From Lytechinus pictus (taxonomy: Eukaryota), in contig NC_087251.1 in assembly GCF_037042905.1 (NCBI RefSeq), positions 25,360,001 through 25,424,000 on the forward strand: a stretch of DNA of 64,000 nt. Direction: 5' to 3'. The position numbers and the translations under genes were made by a program. Position 1 is the stretch's first letter; every line of letters begins with the position of its first letter. The notes under the pieces were generated by a model. The model did no database searches. It saw only the letters and a list, made by a program, of their open reading frames with translations, and was not told the DNA's origin. Positions 11,879-24,950 of this stretch are shown here, one piece after another.

Positions 11879-12594
11879 AGTAGTACTAAGTATATGTCAC
11901 ATTATTTTTTACCATGCTTGAGATTATACTTTATATGACTTGACTTTATATTATATTCTCACCCAAAAAGGACATTTCAATGATTACTAGTAGAAATCAA
12001 TGAAGATGATTTATATCTCCCTTATCAAATCAGCGCGTATTGAAAAGCTTTGACAATAGAACCAGAGAATAATGTATTTCAGAACTATTTGTGAGAATTA
12101 ATGAAAAGTAAAATATCAAAATGCAAACCGGCAGCAAGAGAAGTCATATTTGCGTTAAAAAAGGAATATTTCTGTTTGTTGGAATTTTAAGAGAATTAGT
12201 ATGATTAACATCAATCAAAAAGTGGCATGAATATTCATCCCTGCATAAAGACATGCAAGATTAATTTTCTAAATGTGTTGGAAACTGCATTACCATGGTA
12301 ATAACAAGAGGTATCCCTTTTCAGCACTGTTATTCTTTTACCTTTTCATTTTTTTCCATTTCTTTATTCGCGCCCCTTTTCCCTTTTTGCACCACCTACA
12401 TACGACCCTGACATTGATACAATAGTAATATCTATTTGATGGAAGCTCCTATACAGTCAGTGCGTCCAAAAAAAAAACTATACACTTTTGAAATGTCTGC
12501 CAAACAAAAAAATATATCACTTTGGGGGGGAAAAGCCAATAAAGTCAACCTTCAAAGACACCCATAAGTGTTTAGCGAGCACTCCCCACTATGT

Positions 12595-13155
12595 TGATTT
12601 GAGTAAATAGAGAAAAATCAAACTTGCTGAACGCTGAAGATTTCATCAAAATCGGATGTAAAATAAGAAAGTTATGACATTTTAAAGTTTTGCTTATTTT
12701 TCACAACACAGTGTTATGCACAACTCAAATGAGACGGCCGATGATGCCCCTCACTATTTCTTTTGTTTTATATTGTTTGAATTATACAATATTTCATTTT
12801 TTATAGATTTGACAATAAGGACCAACTTGTCTGAACAATATAGTATTAAATAATGCTAATTCTACATGTTCAGGGAGGAATTAATCGTTGTTTCACTTGA
12901 CAAAGAGGAGAAAAATAGAATATTCCATATTTCACATAATAAAATACAAAAGAAATAGTGAGTGGATTATGTCATCAGTCTCCTCATTTGCATACTGACC
13001 AGCATGTGCATAACTGTTTTGTGAAACTAAGCAAAGATTTAAAATGTCAAAACTTTCTTTTTTTTACATCCGATTTTGATGAAATTTTCAGTGTTATACT
13101 TGTTTGATATTTCTCTTTTTATTCAATCCACTATTTGTTGGGATGGACTTGTTCT
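12595..13155. mobile_element. Kolobok-like MITE, left end degenerate
   Basis: Shares TTTCATCAAAATCGGATGTAAAATAAGAAAG arms with 61551-62315; ends GGACTTGTTCT|TTAA. Confidence 0.65.
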
Positions 13156-13744
13156 TTAAAGAAAGGGTATGAAAATAAGGCTGGGCATGAATTAGCCTTA
13201 CAATTTCTGCCAGTTCTGAGAGGCAAATCCTTTAATTGAAACCTGAAAAATTAAGGGTGTTGTGATGAATTAATGATCAATCATGACCAGTTTGGTTGTT
13301 CAAGTAAATTTCATAAATTATTAAATTGAACTTCAATGCATGAGTGAACACAAATTGTACTTTTCTGGGCAGCATTTTAACTTTATCATGTGGATCTTCA
13401 TGGGGGTCGGGATAATAGGGAGTGAGATGGCACTTAGTGGGAGAATTAGGTTGATGGAATAAGGGTTAAGAGAACATTTAGCCCCCTCCCTCCCCTCCTG
13501 TTGACAGACAGATTGCTATTACATGTGCGTAAGAAAGTCAAGAGCACAATGTTGATTTAATGATAAATAATGAAAATCGGGAGTGGTGCATCAAGTTTTA
13601 CCTATCAATCATTTATTAAACAATTTATCAATAAGTCTACTCATAATCAATGTGTAATGTGATCAAGCAAACATTCATATTTTTCAATAAATTATTAATA
13701 AATCAACATAATCAGTCAATATCTTGGTAATCATTCCATGAAAA

Positions 13745-14797
13745 AACAAGTGGAGCGCCTCTGGCAGTCTCACTCGCATCAAACGATTCACACTCTGAAA
13801 CATACTATGAAATAATTATTCACAAAAACACCATTCATGTATAATGATACAATACTACGTTCATTGACATTTGACCTTGATCATGTGATCTAAAACTTGT
13901 CAGAGATACTTGATTACCCCTATATCCACATTTTATACACTATATCTATAAACTTTGAGAGGTCATGTGACCTGTACCTCACACAAGACATTCAGTGATA
14001 TTTGGTTACTCTTACATGTATGTCCAAGTTTCATGAATAAGATCCATAAAGCTCTCAAAGTTATGATGGTAATTCAACAGATACCCCCATATGGCCAAAG
14101 TTCATTGACTCTAAATGACCTTTGACTTTGGTCATGTGAAGTGAAATTCGCACAGGATGTGTAATGGTACATGATTACTCTTATGTCCAAGTTTCTTGAA
14201 TCAGATCCAAAAACTTCAGAAGTTATGATGGTAATTCAATAGATTATGGCCTAAGTTCATTAACCTTTGAACTTGGTCATGTGACCTGAAATTCGCACAG
14301 GATGTTCAGTGATACTTGATTACTCTTATGTCCAATTTTTATGAACCAGACCAATAAACATTGAAAGTTATGATGGTAATTCAACAAATACCCCAATTTG
14401 GCCAAAGTTCATTGACCTTAAATGACCTTTGACCTTGATCATGTGACCTGAAATTCACACAAGATGTGTAGTGGCACAAGATTACTCTTATGTCCAAGTT
14501 TCATGAATCAGATCCATAAACTTTTAAAGTTATGATGATAATTCAACAAATACCCCCAATTTGGCCAAAGTTTATTGACCCTAAATGACCTTTGACCTTG
14601 GTCATGTGACTCAAAATTCAAGCAGGATGTTCAACAATACTTGATTAACTTTATAGAAAAGTTTAATGAACTAGGTCCTTATACTTTCTACGTTATACTG
14701 TCATTTAAAAAACTTAACCTTCGGTTAAGATTTGGTGTTGACGCCGTCGGAAAAGCGGCGCATAAGGTCTCACTATGCTTCGCAGGTGAGACAAAAA
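13745..14797. mobile_element. Helentron/HINE-like non-autonomous element with ~125-bp internal tandem repeats (copy 1)
   Basis: Starts AACAAGTGGAGCGCCTCTGGCAGTCTC and ends GCAGGTGAGACAAAAA; internal repeats GACCTTTGACCTTGGTCATGTGAC; A-run insertion site. Confidence 0.65.
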
Positions 14798-15388
14798 TCA
14801 CTTTCAGTCACAAAAAGTTACATGTTGAAAGGTTTTACTAGAAGCTACATATACATTGCCACTACAAGCATACATGGCAGTATTAAAACTCAAGTTAAGG
14901 ATAGAGATAGAGAATTAAAAAAGACACTGTGGAGACAAAATTATCTCAAATTTACTTCTTATGCCAGGTGTAAATTAATGCAATGAGTCATTATACAGAA
15001 AAGATAAATAATATCAAGCTTCTATTTTAGCTTTGTTCCTTTAAAAAATACTTAAATGAGAGAACAAATTGTTCTTTTGTTTTACAAAAACAACATTGCC
15101 ATAAGTAACAAGTCACACTCTGAAGAAAAAAAACACAATAATGATAATAAAGCATGGAGTGGTTTTAAAATGAATTCTCTGTAAACTTTCTAAGTTCTGT
15201 CTGAACATCTTTACAAATCAATGGTTATAAAACGAACCCAACATGTATCTCAATAGATAATAAAAACCTATAGATTTTTTCTTGAAGTGTTGATCCTGAC
15301 CAATCACATACTTTCCATCAAAAACTCCGCATTCAATGAATTGTGAAAGAAAACATAACAAAGTACAACTTTACAACAAAAACAAAAG

Positions 15389-16345
15389 AAACAAGTGGAA
15401 TGCCTCTGGCCGTCTCACCTGCATCACGCGATTCAATATAGCAGCAGTGCTGATTTTGAAAACTACTATAACTCGCACAAGATGTTCAGTGATACTTGGT
15501 TACTCTTATTTCCACGTTTTATGAACTAGACCAATACACTTATAGAGATATGATGGCAATTCAACAAATACCCCCAACGTGGCCAAAGTTCTTTGACCTT
15601 AACATGACCTTTGACCTTGATCATGTGACCTGAAACTTGCACAGGATGTTCAGTGATACTTGATTACTATTATGTCCAAGTTTTATGAACTAGACCAACA
15701 CACTTTCAAATTTATGGCTGTAATTCAACAAATACCCCAATTTGGCCAAAGTTCATTGACCCTAAATGACCTTTGACCTTGATCATGTGACCTGAAACTT
15801 GCACAGGATGTTCAGTAATACTTGATTACTATTATGTCCAAGTTTCATGAATCAGATCCATAAACTTTCAAAGTTATGATGGTATTAATTCAACAGATAC
15901 CCCCAATTCGGCCAAAGTTCATTGACCCTAAATGACCTTTGACCTTGGTCATGTGATGTGAAACTCAAGCAGGATGTTCATTGATACTTGATTAACCTTA
16001 TGTATAAGTTTCATGAACTAGGTCCATATATTTTCTAAGTTATGATGACATTTCAAAAACTTAACCTTAGGTTAAGATTTTGATGTTGATTCCCCCAACA
16101 TGGTCTAAGTTCATTGACCCTAAATGACCTTTGACCTTGGTCATGTGACATGAAACTCAGGCAGGATGTTCAGTAATACTTGATTAACCTTATGGCCAAG
16201 TTTCATGAACTAGGTCCATATACTTTCTAAGTTATGCTGTCATTTCAAAAACTTAACCTCAGGTTAAGATTTGGTGTTGACGCCGCCGCCGCCGTCGGAA
16301 AAGCGGCGCCTATAGTCTCACTCTGCTATGCAGGTGAGACAAAAA
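15389..16345. mobile_element. Same family, copy 2
   Basis: Same termini; subterminal inverted GTCTCACCTGCAT / ATGCAGGTGAGAC. Confidence 0.7.
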
Positions 16346-16650
16346 CCACTCCTAGTCTCCTAATAGCTTTTCCTAGTATTTATCAAAAAACGTCTACAAA
16401 GACAATATACAATCATGTACAGTAACCAGGGCAGTATTGAGCTCTATAATACCCTATAGGCCAAGATGTTCAATTCACAATGGACTTGGAATAGATTAGT
16501 TATTATCAAAGTATAAACACAAACAAAATAATTGAAGAAGTGGCTACATACATCAAGCTATAGCTCTTAATGTTTCCTTACGCCAGATGTATGAGTTCTT
16601 ACAAAAAGGATGATGCTTTTACAAACAAAAATGTATTGTAAAGTACAGCT

Positions 16651-18075
16651 AAAGTGTGCCAGGCCAAAATCCAAAATGGCTGCCAACCCCCCCCCCCCCC
16701 CCCCCCCAATCAAAGTTTTGCCCACATATAATATGTTGGTTTTTTTTTTTGGGGGGGGGGAGCAGGCAATTTGTTTTACCTGAAATGATTACTTAAAAAC
16801 CATTAATTTTGGAGTTAAAAGGTGATTTTACCTACATTTACACATACAATACCCCCTTTAGCCCCAAATTAGGTTTCTTGTGGTTCTTGGATATTGGACG
16901 ATACCAGTTCCATAATAGCAAATAATTTCAAATAGCTATTTGCTCTTATTCTTCTACTTTGGGTTTTACGGATATTTGCGAAAAATATATTATTGGAAAA
17001 AAAAATCTTATTATCCATAGGGGCTATACAGTATACATTGTATTGTACATACTACACTGCATTCATGTATATTCATGCATTGACCATCATGACAAGGTCT
17101 GTATATAAACTATAGTGTGATACTAAATGAGTTATTGAGAAATTGAAGATACTGTATATTTTGTCTCAGATTGAAGACATATTTTGTCAATTATGCTCAT
17201 TCAGGGGGGGGGGGGAGGAAAATATCTTTAACAATGGATTAAAGTCACCCCCCCCTATTATGGCACTTACACTGGGTTTCTGATTATGGTAACTTTGCCA
17301 TCCAATGGTAACTTGCATGGAATCCTGAAAGCCATTGACCAGCGTTACCACATGTGGTATACCTGACTCCATAATATAGGATTAGAATACCAGGTAAAAA
17401 CAAGCTGCCAAATGAAGATGTGGCTGAAAATATGATGTACATGTATGTACGTACACTACATGATGTTTACATGCAATTTATGTTCATCATCGGGTTACAT
17501 CATGTTCATCAGCTAACAAGCAATCAAATTCACAAGTCACAATCTAATTCTAAACCTCAGAAGCTCACTACTACATGCATGCCACTGGTATAAGTCCTAG
17601 TTGTATGCCATGGTGGTCAATGCATGGATATGTATGCAGTGTACAGTATGTACCATATATTGTACACCGTGCCACCCCTATGGATACCGTAAATTACATT
17701 TTTTCATTTGATAAGATGTATTTCGCAAATATCCGTCAACTCAATTTAGAGGAATAAAAGCAATATAGCTATATGAAGCTGCTTACTACTGGTCAACTGG
17801 TGTCATCTAATATCCAAGAACCACAAGACGATGGAACCTAATTTTGCTTTAAAAAGGGTCTAAAAATTTGCAAATTTAAGTTAAAATCACCTCTTAACTT
17901 TACAAATAATGGTTTAAAAGAACTAATTTTAGGAAAAACAAATTGCCTGCCCCCCAAAAAAACATGAATAGACACCAAAACCAGATAAAATGACCACCAA
18001 GAAAGAAGTTGTGGCCAAAACTGTGATTTGGGGGGATTTTGGCGGCCACTTTAGATTTGGGCCCGGCACACTTTT
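16651..18075. mobile_element. TIR-bounded non-autonomous element
   Basis: AAAGTGTGCCAGGCCAAAATCCAAAATGGCTGCC is mirrored by GGCGGCCACTTTAGATTTGGGCCCGGCACACTTT; degenerate arms of ~300 bp. Confidence 0.6.
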
Positions 18076-18145
18076 TTCTCGGACCACCGTGACCAGACAC
18101 AAATAATATTGTCATTTCATGTTGAGATAAGGTTAAAGGAATACA

Positions 18146-18970
18146 AAACAAGTGGAGTGCTTCTGGCAGTCTAGCCTGCATTACGCGATTTAATATAGCA
18201 GCAGTGCTAACTTTGAAAACTACTATAAAATAATCATTCACAAAAACACCATTCATATGACATTATACCACGTTCATTGACTATAAATGACATTTGGACG
18301 GTGAATAAAACTTGTCAACTACACCCATGTCCACATTTCATTCACTCTATCCATAAGCTTTCAAAGTAATGATGGCAATTCAACAATTACCCCGACATGG
18401 CCTAAGTTTATTGACCTTTAACTGACTTTTGACCTTAGTTTTGTGTCCTGAAACTCACAGGGGATGTTCAGTGATACTTGATTACTCTTATATCCCAAGT
18501 TTTATGAACTAGATCCATAAACTTTCAGAGCTAGGATGGTAATTCAACAAATACCCCCCAACACGGCCAAAGTTCATTGGCCTTAAATGACCTTCGACCA
18601 TGTTCATGTGACCTGAAACTCGCACAGGATATTTGGTGGTACTTGATTAACCTAATGCCCAAGTTTCATGAACTACATTGTAGATCCATAAATTTTCAAA
18701 GTTATGATGGTAATTCAACAAATATCCCCAACCTGCCAAAGTTCATTGACCCTAAATGACCTTTGACCTTGGTCATGTGACCTGATACTCAGGCAGGATG
18801 TTCAGTAATACTTGATTAACCTTATGTCCAAGTTTCATGAACTAGGTCCATATACTTTTTGAAGTTATGTCATTTCAAAAACTTAACCTTGGGTTAAGAT
18901 TTGATGTTGACGCCGACGCCGTCGGAAAACGGCGCCTATAGTCTCGTTTTCTATGCAGGCGAGACAAAAA
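18146..18970. mobile_element. Helentron/HINE-like family, copy 3
   Basis: Same termini and internal repeats as 13745-14797. Confidence 0.7.
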
Positions 18971-19218
18971 CTGTTGGCACAGTAAAACCAAAAATCACCC
19001 ATTTATAGCACACTCCTATTGATAAACACAATGTATTGATGATTTTGATGATTATTCTTGTAAAATAACTTTGTAGATGAATAAGTGGTTTCCTTTTCTT
19101 TCTCATCACAAGAACACGAGTGAAATAATAAATAATTTGAGAATCGCAGACTTCACTGTCAAACTTTCTCGTAATCCTTTGTTATGGAATTATTCTGATA
19201 ATATCGACCAATTATCTC

Positions 19219-20050
19219 AATTAATCACTGCATGCCATGGTGAAGATGATCCCTTCTCTTTGTACTCTACATGTACTATGTAGCTGGAGATTTGTACCAA
19301 TAAGCCTGATGCTCGTAGATTTGTTCTCACTTTTCCTCAAACGATATACCTGTTGCTCGAACAAGAAGCGCTTTTTGAGCGATGCTGGCAGATCCGTAAC
19401 TAAATGGGCGCTATGACGAGGGGCTGTCTGGCCTTCACAATCACGGGTCGTTGAATGTAAACATGCTTTTTTGCTGATGTGACTATGAGGTCAAAACACG
19501 ATCTCAATCCATCATGGCCCCAAAATGCATTATGATTGGGTCGTGACCACGGCCGACATTCTGCTCACTTCCATGACCATGTGTACATGTAGATCTTCTT
19601 CTTGGGCTTGGCAACCTGTGGCCGTGTGGGCATTAGTATTTGAACATTCTCTCTGACTCTTCCTTTGACAGGTCAATGCTTTGAGAAACCCAACTCTTGA
19701 ATCGCATTTCTCACCACCTAGCTGTAGCACTTTCTCATCTTTTTTTTCTCAACGCCATATATGAGCAAGTTCATTTTTCTATCGTGAAACTCTAAGTTAT
19801 AGATCCAGAATTATTTGTGTCAGATCTGTCTTGACTTAAGCTTTTTTTGGCGAGCATTGCCCTTTCAGTCAATGTTAGAACGAAATTCATCCATGGCCAT
19901 ACCCTTTCTCATGGTAGTGATATTAGTATTCAGTACCGTAGGTCTAGTTTTTCTATAATCTTATCCATAGGCTTTACCAATTCTGCGGACTCCGGCTTGG
20001 CTGTTTCTGCTCACCGACAGTAGCTGTAGCAACGTTTTCGACCGAACTTT
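19219..20050 (-). pseudogene. Decayed L1/Tx1-type ORF1p-like coding relic
   Basis: Manual translation with stops and frameshifts: MDKIIEKLD, LEFHDRKMNLLIYGVE, GHRLP, DPIIMHF..MD*DRVL, LVTDLPASLKKR. This is the motif order of the LINE ORF1 RRM/CTD region. Confidence 0.55.
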
Positions 20051-20377
20051 CGCCCGACGACGCCCCGGGCTGCTCTGCTCAGGCGCTGGTATGACCCACT
20101 CACACGTACCTTGTTCATTGCACCGGCTCGAGCTCGAGTCACCGACGAAGATTGGGTTAACGTTAGGATTCCTATCCCTCAACAAATAAGGTCGCTGGCT
20201 AATTTCTTGAATCTTGCGGCATCATAATCTTTTCTATTAAATATACAGAATCATATCTTGTTCTCTGGTCCGGTAAAAAGGGGGGAAAAACTCAAAATCA
20301 AACTTAGAGCCTTCCAATATTCTCCATGTCCAGGGTCGAATGGCGCCCACTACTGGCTTACAGTGAATAACCCTGAT

Positions 20378-21298
20378 TATCGAAATTGAAAAACCTAGTT
20401 TATCGAATCGAAAAACTTAGTTTATCGAATCGAAAAACCTAGTTTATCGAATCGAAAAACCTAGTTTATCAAAATCGAAAAACCTAGTTTATCACTTGAA
20501 AAACCTAGTTTTTCAAATCGAAAAACTTAGTTTATCGAATCGAAAAACCTAGTTTTTCAATTTCGATAAACTAGGTTTTTCGGCGATAAACTGAGTTTAT
20601 CGCCTTTATAGGACAAATGGCGTCCTTATTGGACGCCATTTGTCCCATAAAGGCGATAAACCTAGTTTATCGAATTGAAAAACCTAGTTTATCGAAATTG
20701 AAAAACCTAGTTTATCAGATTTGAAAAACTTAGTTTATCGGCGATAAACTAGGTTTTTCAAGTGATAAACTAGGTTTTTCAATTTCGATAAACTAGGTTT
20801 TTCAATTCGATAAACTAGGTTTTTCAATTCGAAAAACTTAGTTTATCACTTGAAAAACTTAGTTTATCAAATAACTCTGTTTATCAAATGAAAAACTGAG
20901 TTTATCGCTTGAAAAACTAAGTTTATCGAGAAAAACTAAGTTTTTCACTTGAAAAACCTAGTTTTTCATTGAAAAACCTAGTTTTTCATTGAAAAACTTA
21001 GTTTATCAGTGAAAAACTTAGTTTTTCGACGATAAACTTAGTTTTTCAATTGAAAAACTAAGTTTATCAAGAAAAACCTAGTTTTTCAATCGAAAAACTA
21101 AGTTTTTCGGCGATAAACTTAGTTTTTCTTGATAATCTTAGTTTTTCAAGTGATAAACTTAGTTTATCGGCGAAAAACTAAGTTTATCGGCGAAAAACTT
21201 AGTTTTTCAATTGAAAAACTAGGTTTTTCGATTGATAAACTAGGTTTTTCGGCGATAAACTGAGTTTATCGCCTTTATGAAACAAATGGCGCGCCATA
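20378..21298. repeat. Right terminal palindrome array of element Y
   Basis: Same 17-bp unit. The outer part mirrors 941-1295; the inner part is arranged differently. Confidence 0.9.
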
Positions 21299-21304
21299 TA
21301 CGTG

Positions 21305-22193
21305 CGCGCGCGCGCCCGCTCACAAATTCGATAAACTGAGTTTTTCAATTTCGATAAACTAGGTTTTTCAATTCGAAAAACTTAGTTTATCGAAATCGAA
21401 AAACCTAGTTTATCGGCGAAAAACTAAGTTTATCGGCGATAAACTAGGTTTTTCGATTCGATAAACTTAGTTTTTCGATTTCGATAAACTAGGTTTTTCA
21501 ATTCGAAAAACTTAGTTTATCGAAATTGAAAAACCTAGTTTATCGGCGAAAAACCTAGTTTATCGCCTTTAATTATGAGACAAATGGCGTTCTTAGAAAA
21601 ACTCAGTTTATCACTTGAAAAACCTAGTTTATCGCCTTTATGGGACAAATGGCGTTCTTAGAAAAACTCAGTTTATCAGATTCGAAAAACTTAGTTTATC
21701 AGAATTGAAAAACTAAGTTTATCACTTGAAGAACCTAGTTTTTCGCCGATAAACTAAGTTTATCACTTGAAAAACTCAGTTTATCTAGAAAAACTCAGTT
21801 TATCAGTCGAAAAACTAAGTTTTTCAAGAAACTCTGCTTTTCACTTGAAAAACCTAGTTTTTCATTGAAAAACTTAGTTTTTCATTGAAAAACTTAGTTT
21901 ATCGGTGAAAAACTTAGTTTTTCGCCGATAAACTTAGTTTTTCAATTGATAAACTAGGTTTATCAAAAAAACCTAGTTTTTCAATTGAAAAACTAAGTTT
22001 TTCGGCGATAAACTTAGTTTTTCTTGATAAACTTAGTTTTTCAAGTGATAAACTTAGTTTATCGGCGAAAAACTAAGTTTATCGGCGAAAAACTTAGTTT
22101 TTCAATTGAAAAACTAGGTTTTTCGATTGATAAACTAGGTTTTTCGGCGATAAACTGAGTTTATCGCCTTTATGAAACAGATGGCGCGCCATA
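21305..22193. mobile_element. Terminal array of a second, oppositely oriented family member (element X), split by Y
   Basis: Near-exact reverse complement of 941-1821, including private variants (ATCTG terminal variant; AAAAGCAGAGTTTC at ~1294 vs ~21830). Confidence 0.8.
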
Positions 22194-24950
22194 TGCGTGC
22201 GCGTGTATAGATTTAGAACTACTAATAGTATCTGGGCATTTTTTGTCATAAAAATCAATAATGCGAGCGCGAAGCGCGAGCAGAAAATATTTGATTTTCC
22301 GATCTGAAAAGGGGTGAATTAAAACACTATTTCAAGTACTGTGTCGGAAAATTCTGAAGGGAGAGGGGGGGGGGGAGGTTTCTACAAAACGTCGTTCATT
22401 TTCATTACATTTCTGTCATTTGTCATACCTATAAAAGACGCAGAACCCCCAAGGAAAAATAATTATATTTGCTTCAGCACCCCCAGCATCCCCGCTTCCC
22501 AGCGGCATGGGGCAGGGCGAAAAAGACTGTTTGAATTTGTTTTGTATTGTCTGATTTGTAATTGTTCATACAAAACACGGGCGGTCGGGGCGCGCACACT
22601 TGATTGGGACTTGATTCGACGTAAAAGCTGGAAGTTTCGAGTCCAACCACACCCATAACCGCGCTCGACCACGTCTGTACCGGAGTGCATGCCGGAGCTT
22701 AGGAGGGCCAGGGATATTGGAATATGCGAAAGACAGTAGCGAATTATGATTTGTGATTGTCGGATGTGACAACTATGTACATTATAACATATTTACAAAA
22801 ATACAGGGGCCGGGGAACCTGATTTCGTGGGGGTGCTGCCTATGGAAAATAATACACGCAGCACCCCCAGGAAAATTTATGGGGGGTGCTTCAGCACCCC
22901 CGCTTCCCAGGTCCATGGCTAACGCCGAGGACATTGAATTAAGCAACTAACTCGGATACGACCTGGCGCAGATAATCTACTAGATTGAAGAGCTCCAACT
23001 TAACACCAACACCAACCAACCTGCTGGTGATGCAATTTGACAGTTTTTGCGCAAGTGATGGAATTTCGGGGTTTTTTGTATCTCAATACAAATGTAAAAT
23101 TACAAACATTATTTTTTATACATGTAGAGTAAATTAGTAAATGCAAAAATATCATAATATACAAGCAGTAATGATATTAAATGGGGTACTAAAATTTTGT
23201 GACTGATAAATCAATTGATAATTGAATTAAGTTAAAGCAGGTGTTGAGGGGCGGGGAAGCTTCAGCCCCTTTTTTCCCGGCCCAATCGTGAACAAAATAC
23301 GTACATGACCATCTGATTAATGTTTTTTTTTGTTTTTGCAAGTTTTGTTTTGTTTGTTCAGTCCCATGAGTGTCGATCCCGTGGGAGGGGGAGGTGGCGT
23401 GCATTGGTATATACCTCAACAATTCATGTGGGGATGACCTGTATTATCACCCAATAATTTACGGTAAAACATTAAAATATTCACGTCTTTTCACGATGAA
23501 TCATAATTATGGTAAGTATATGATTATGATGAAGAAGGGATAGTCTAAGATTATAAAGATGATGGTCAGATATACACATGATGATCATCTTTTTATTTAT
23601 CTTAATTCTGTTTGTGTTTATTGTTATTGAATTCAACGATTCCTTTTGGAAACAGACAAAGATGCATGGAGAAAGACAAAAAGTAAAGAATTAAAAGGAA
23701 TAAAATGTTCACCTTTTTGTTTTTTAATGTATGACATACCCTTTTCCCCCCTGAAGTTTACCATTCCCTGCAACCAAGCGCATAGTGTGTGCCCCATATA
23801 TGATTATGCACCCTTTAAATATCATCTCATTTTTGTTGGCATTCTTTACTCAGGTTTATGATGTAAAATAAGTAGAGGGGTTATAGACAACTGAAATTTA
23901 AAAGAGGGTATAAAACAGACAATAGCCCTAGTATATTTTCAGGTCACTATAAAAAAAGCTTATATACGCTTCATGCTCGCATTATTCTTTGAGAAGTACA
24001 AAGTATTGTAAAACTAAAGCTAAAATGAAATACCCATGCACTTTCAAACCGTTTCAAACATTCTGCTTCTAAAGGATTACCCCCAAGCTGAAATTGAGAA
24101 AAAAATACCTTAACTTGACGCAATGACTAGAATTCAATTTACAAAGCGCTGAAAATGATATAAAAATATGATAAAATAATTATAAGTTATTGAATTCTAA
24201 ATTTCAGTACTATTGAATGCCGTTAAGGATAGGCTATGCAATTGTATGTCATACCCATATTTTTCCCATTCTTACCATCCAATTTCATTTATCATGTACA
24301 TTATCATAATCTTGGGTGCTTTTGTCATTATTCTCCGTTTACCCCGCCGTTTACACATCCTATGTGTTGACTTGTAATTATGTAATCAGCCTAAACAATG
24401 TTGGGCTAATTCTGTATTTTATTCATGAAAAACAACTAAATTATCATTATACAATTCGTATTTTCAGGGACCTAAGAAATACAATCCCTGTTTTTAATTT
24501 CAGCACCACCACTTTTGTTTTCCGCAGAAACCTCTTTTCCAACTTAATTAGTCATTGAATACTTTGTTATTTTTCAAGACGTGTTTACATATTCAACTTT
24601 ATAATTATTGTAATCCAATCATTTTTTGGTTTATCATGTATGTATTATTATAATTATATTTGTTCTTTGTTTATCATGTATGTATTATTACGATGTGTAG
24701 ATGAAAACAAAAATGGGAAAAAAATTCAAATCAAATCAAATATCCATGTCATTATGTTATTTCTGGTATTCAGAGAAAAGAGTGTACTGAACACAGTCGG
24801 ATCAAGGGGGTCGAAGCAACCGCTGCCCCCACAATCTCGTAGCCAAGGGGACTAGGTGCCCCCAAGAATTTAAAGGTTGGTTGACATTTTATATTATGAT
24901 AAAGAGCCTATTTACCATATGACGTAATACATTAGTCATAACTTTGTTTG

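Larger units (their letters stand above)
941..21298. mobile_element. ~20.4 kb foldback-like DNA element (element Y) with palindrome-array TIRs and 6-bp TSD
   Basis: Begins TATGGCGCGCCATCTGTTTCATAAAGGCG and ends CGCCTTTATGAAACAAATGGCGCGCCATA. The outer ~350 bp are colinear inverted repeats. TACGTG is directly repeated at 935-940 and 21299-21304. Confidence 0.75.

Noticed and set aside
17187..17372. IIGGGDFN resembling the LINE endonuclease GDFN motif
   Set aside because: It derives from a G-run inside a separate TIR-bounded element, and there are no other convincing endonuclease motifs in frame.
941..21298. Polinton/Maverick (size and 6-bp TSD fit)
   Set aside because: No pPolB, integrase, ATPase or capsid ORFs, and the termini are not AG-type.
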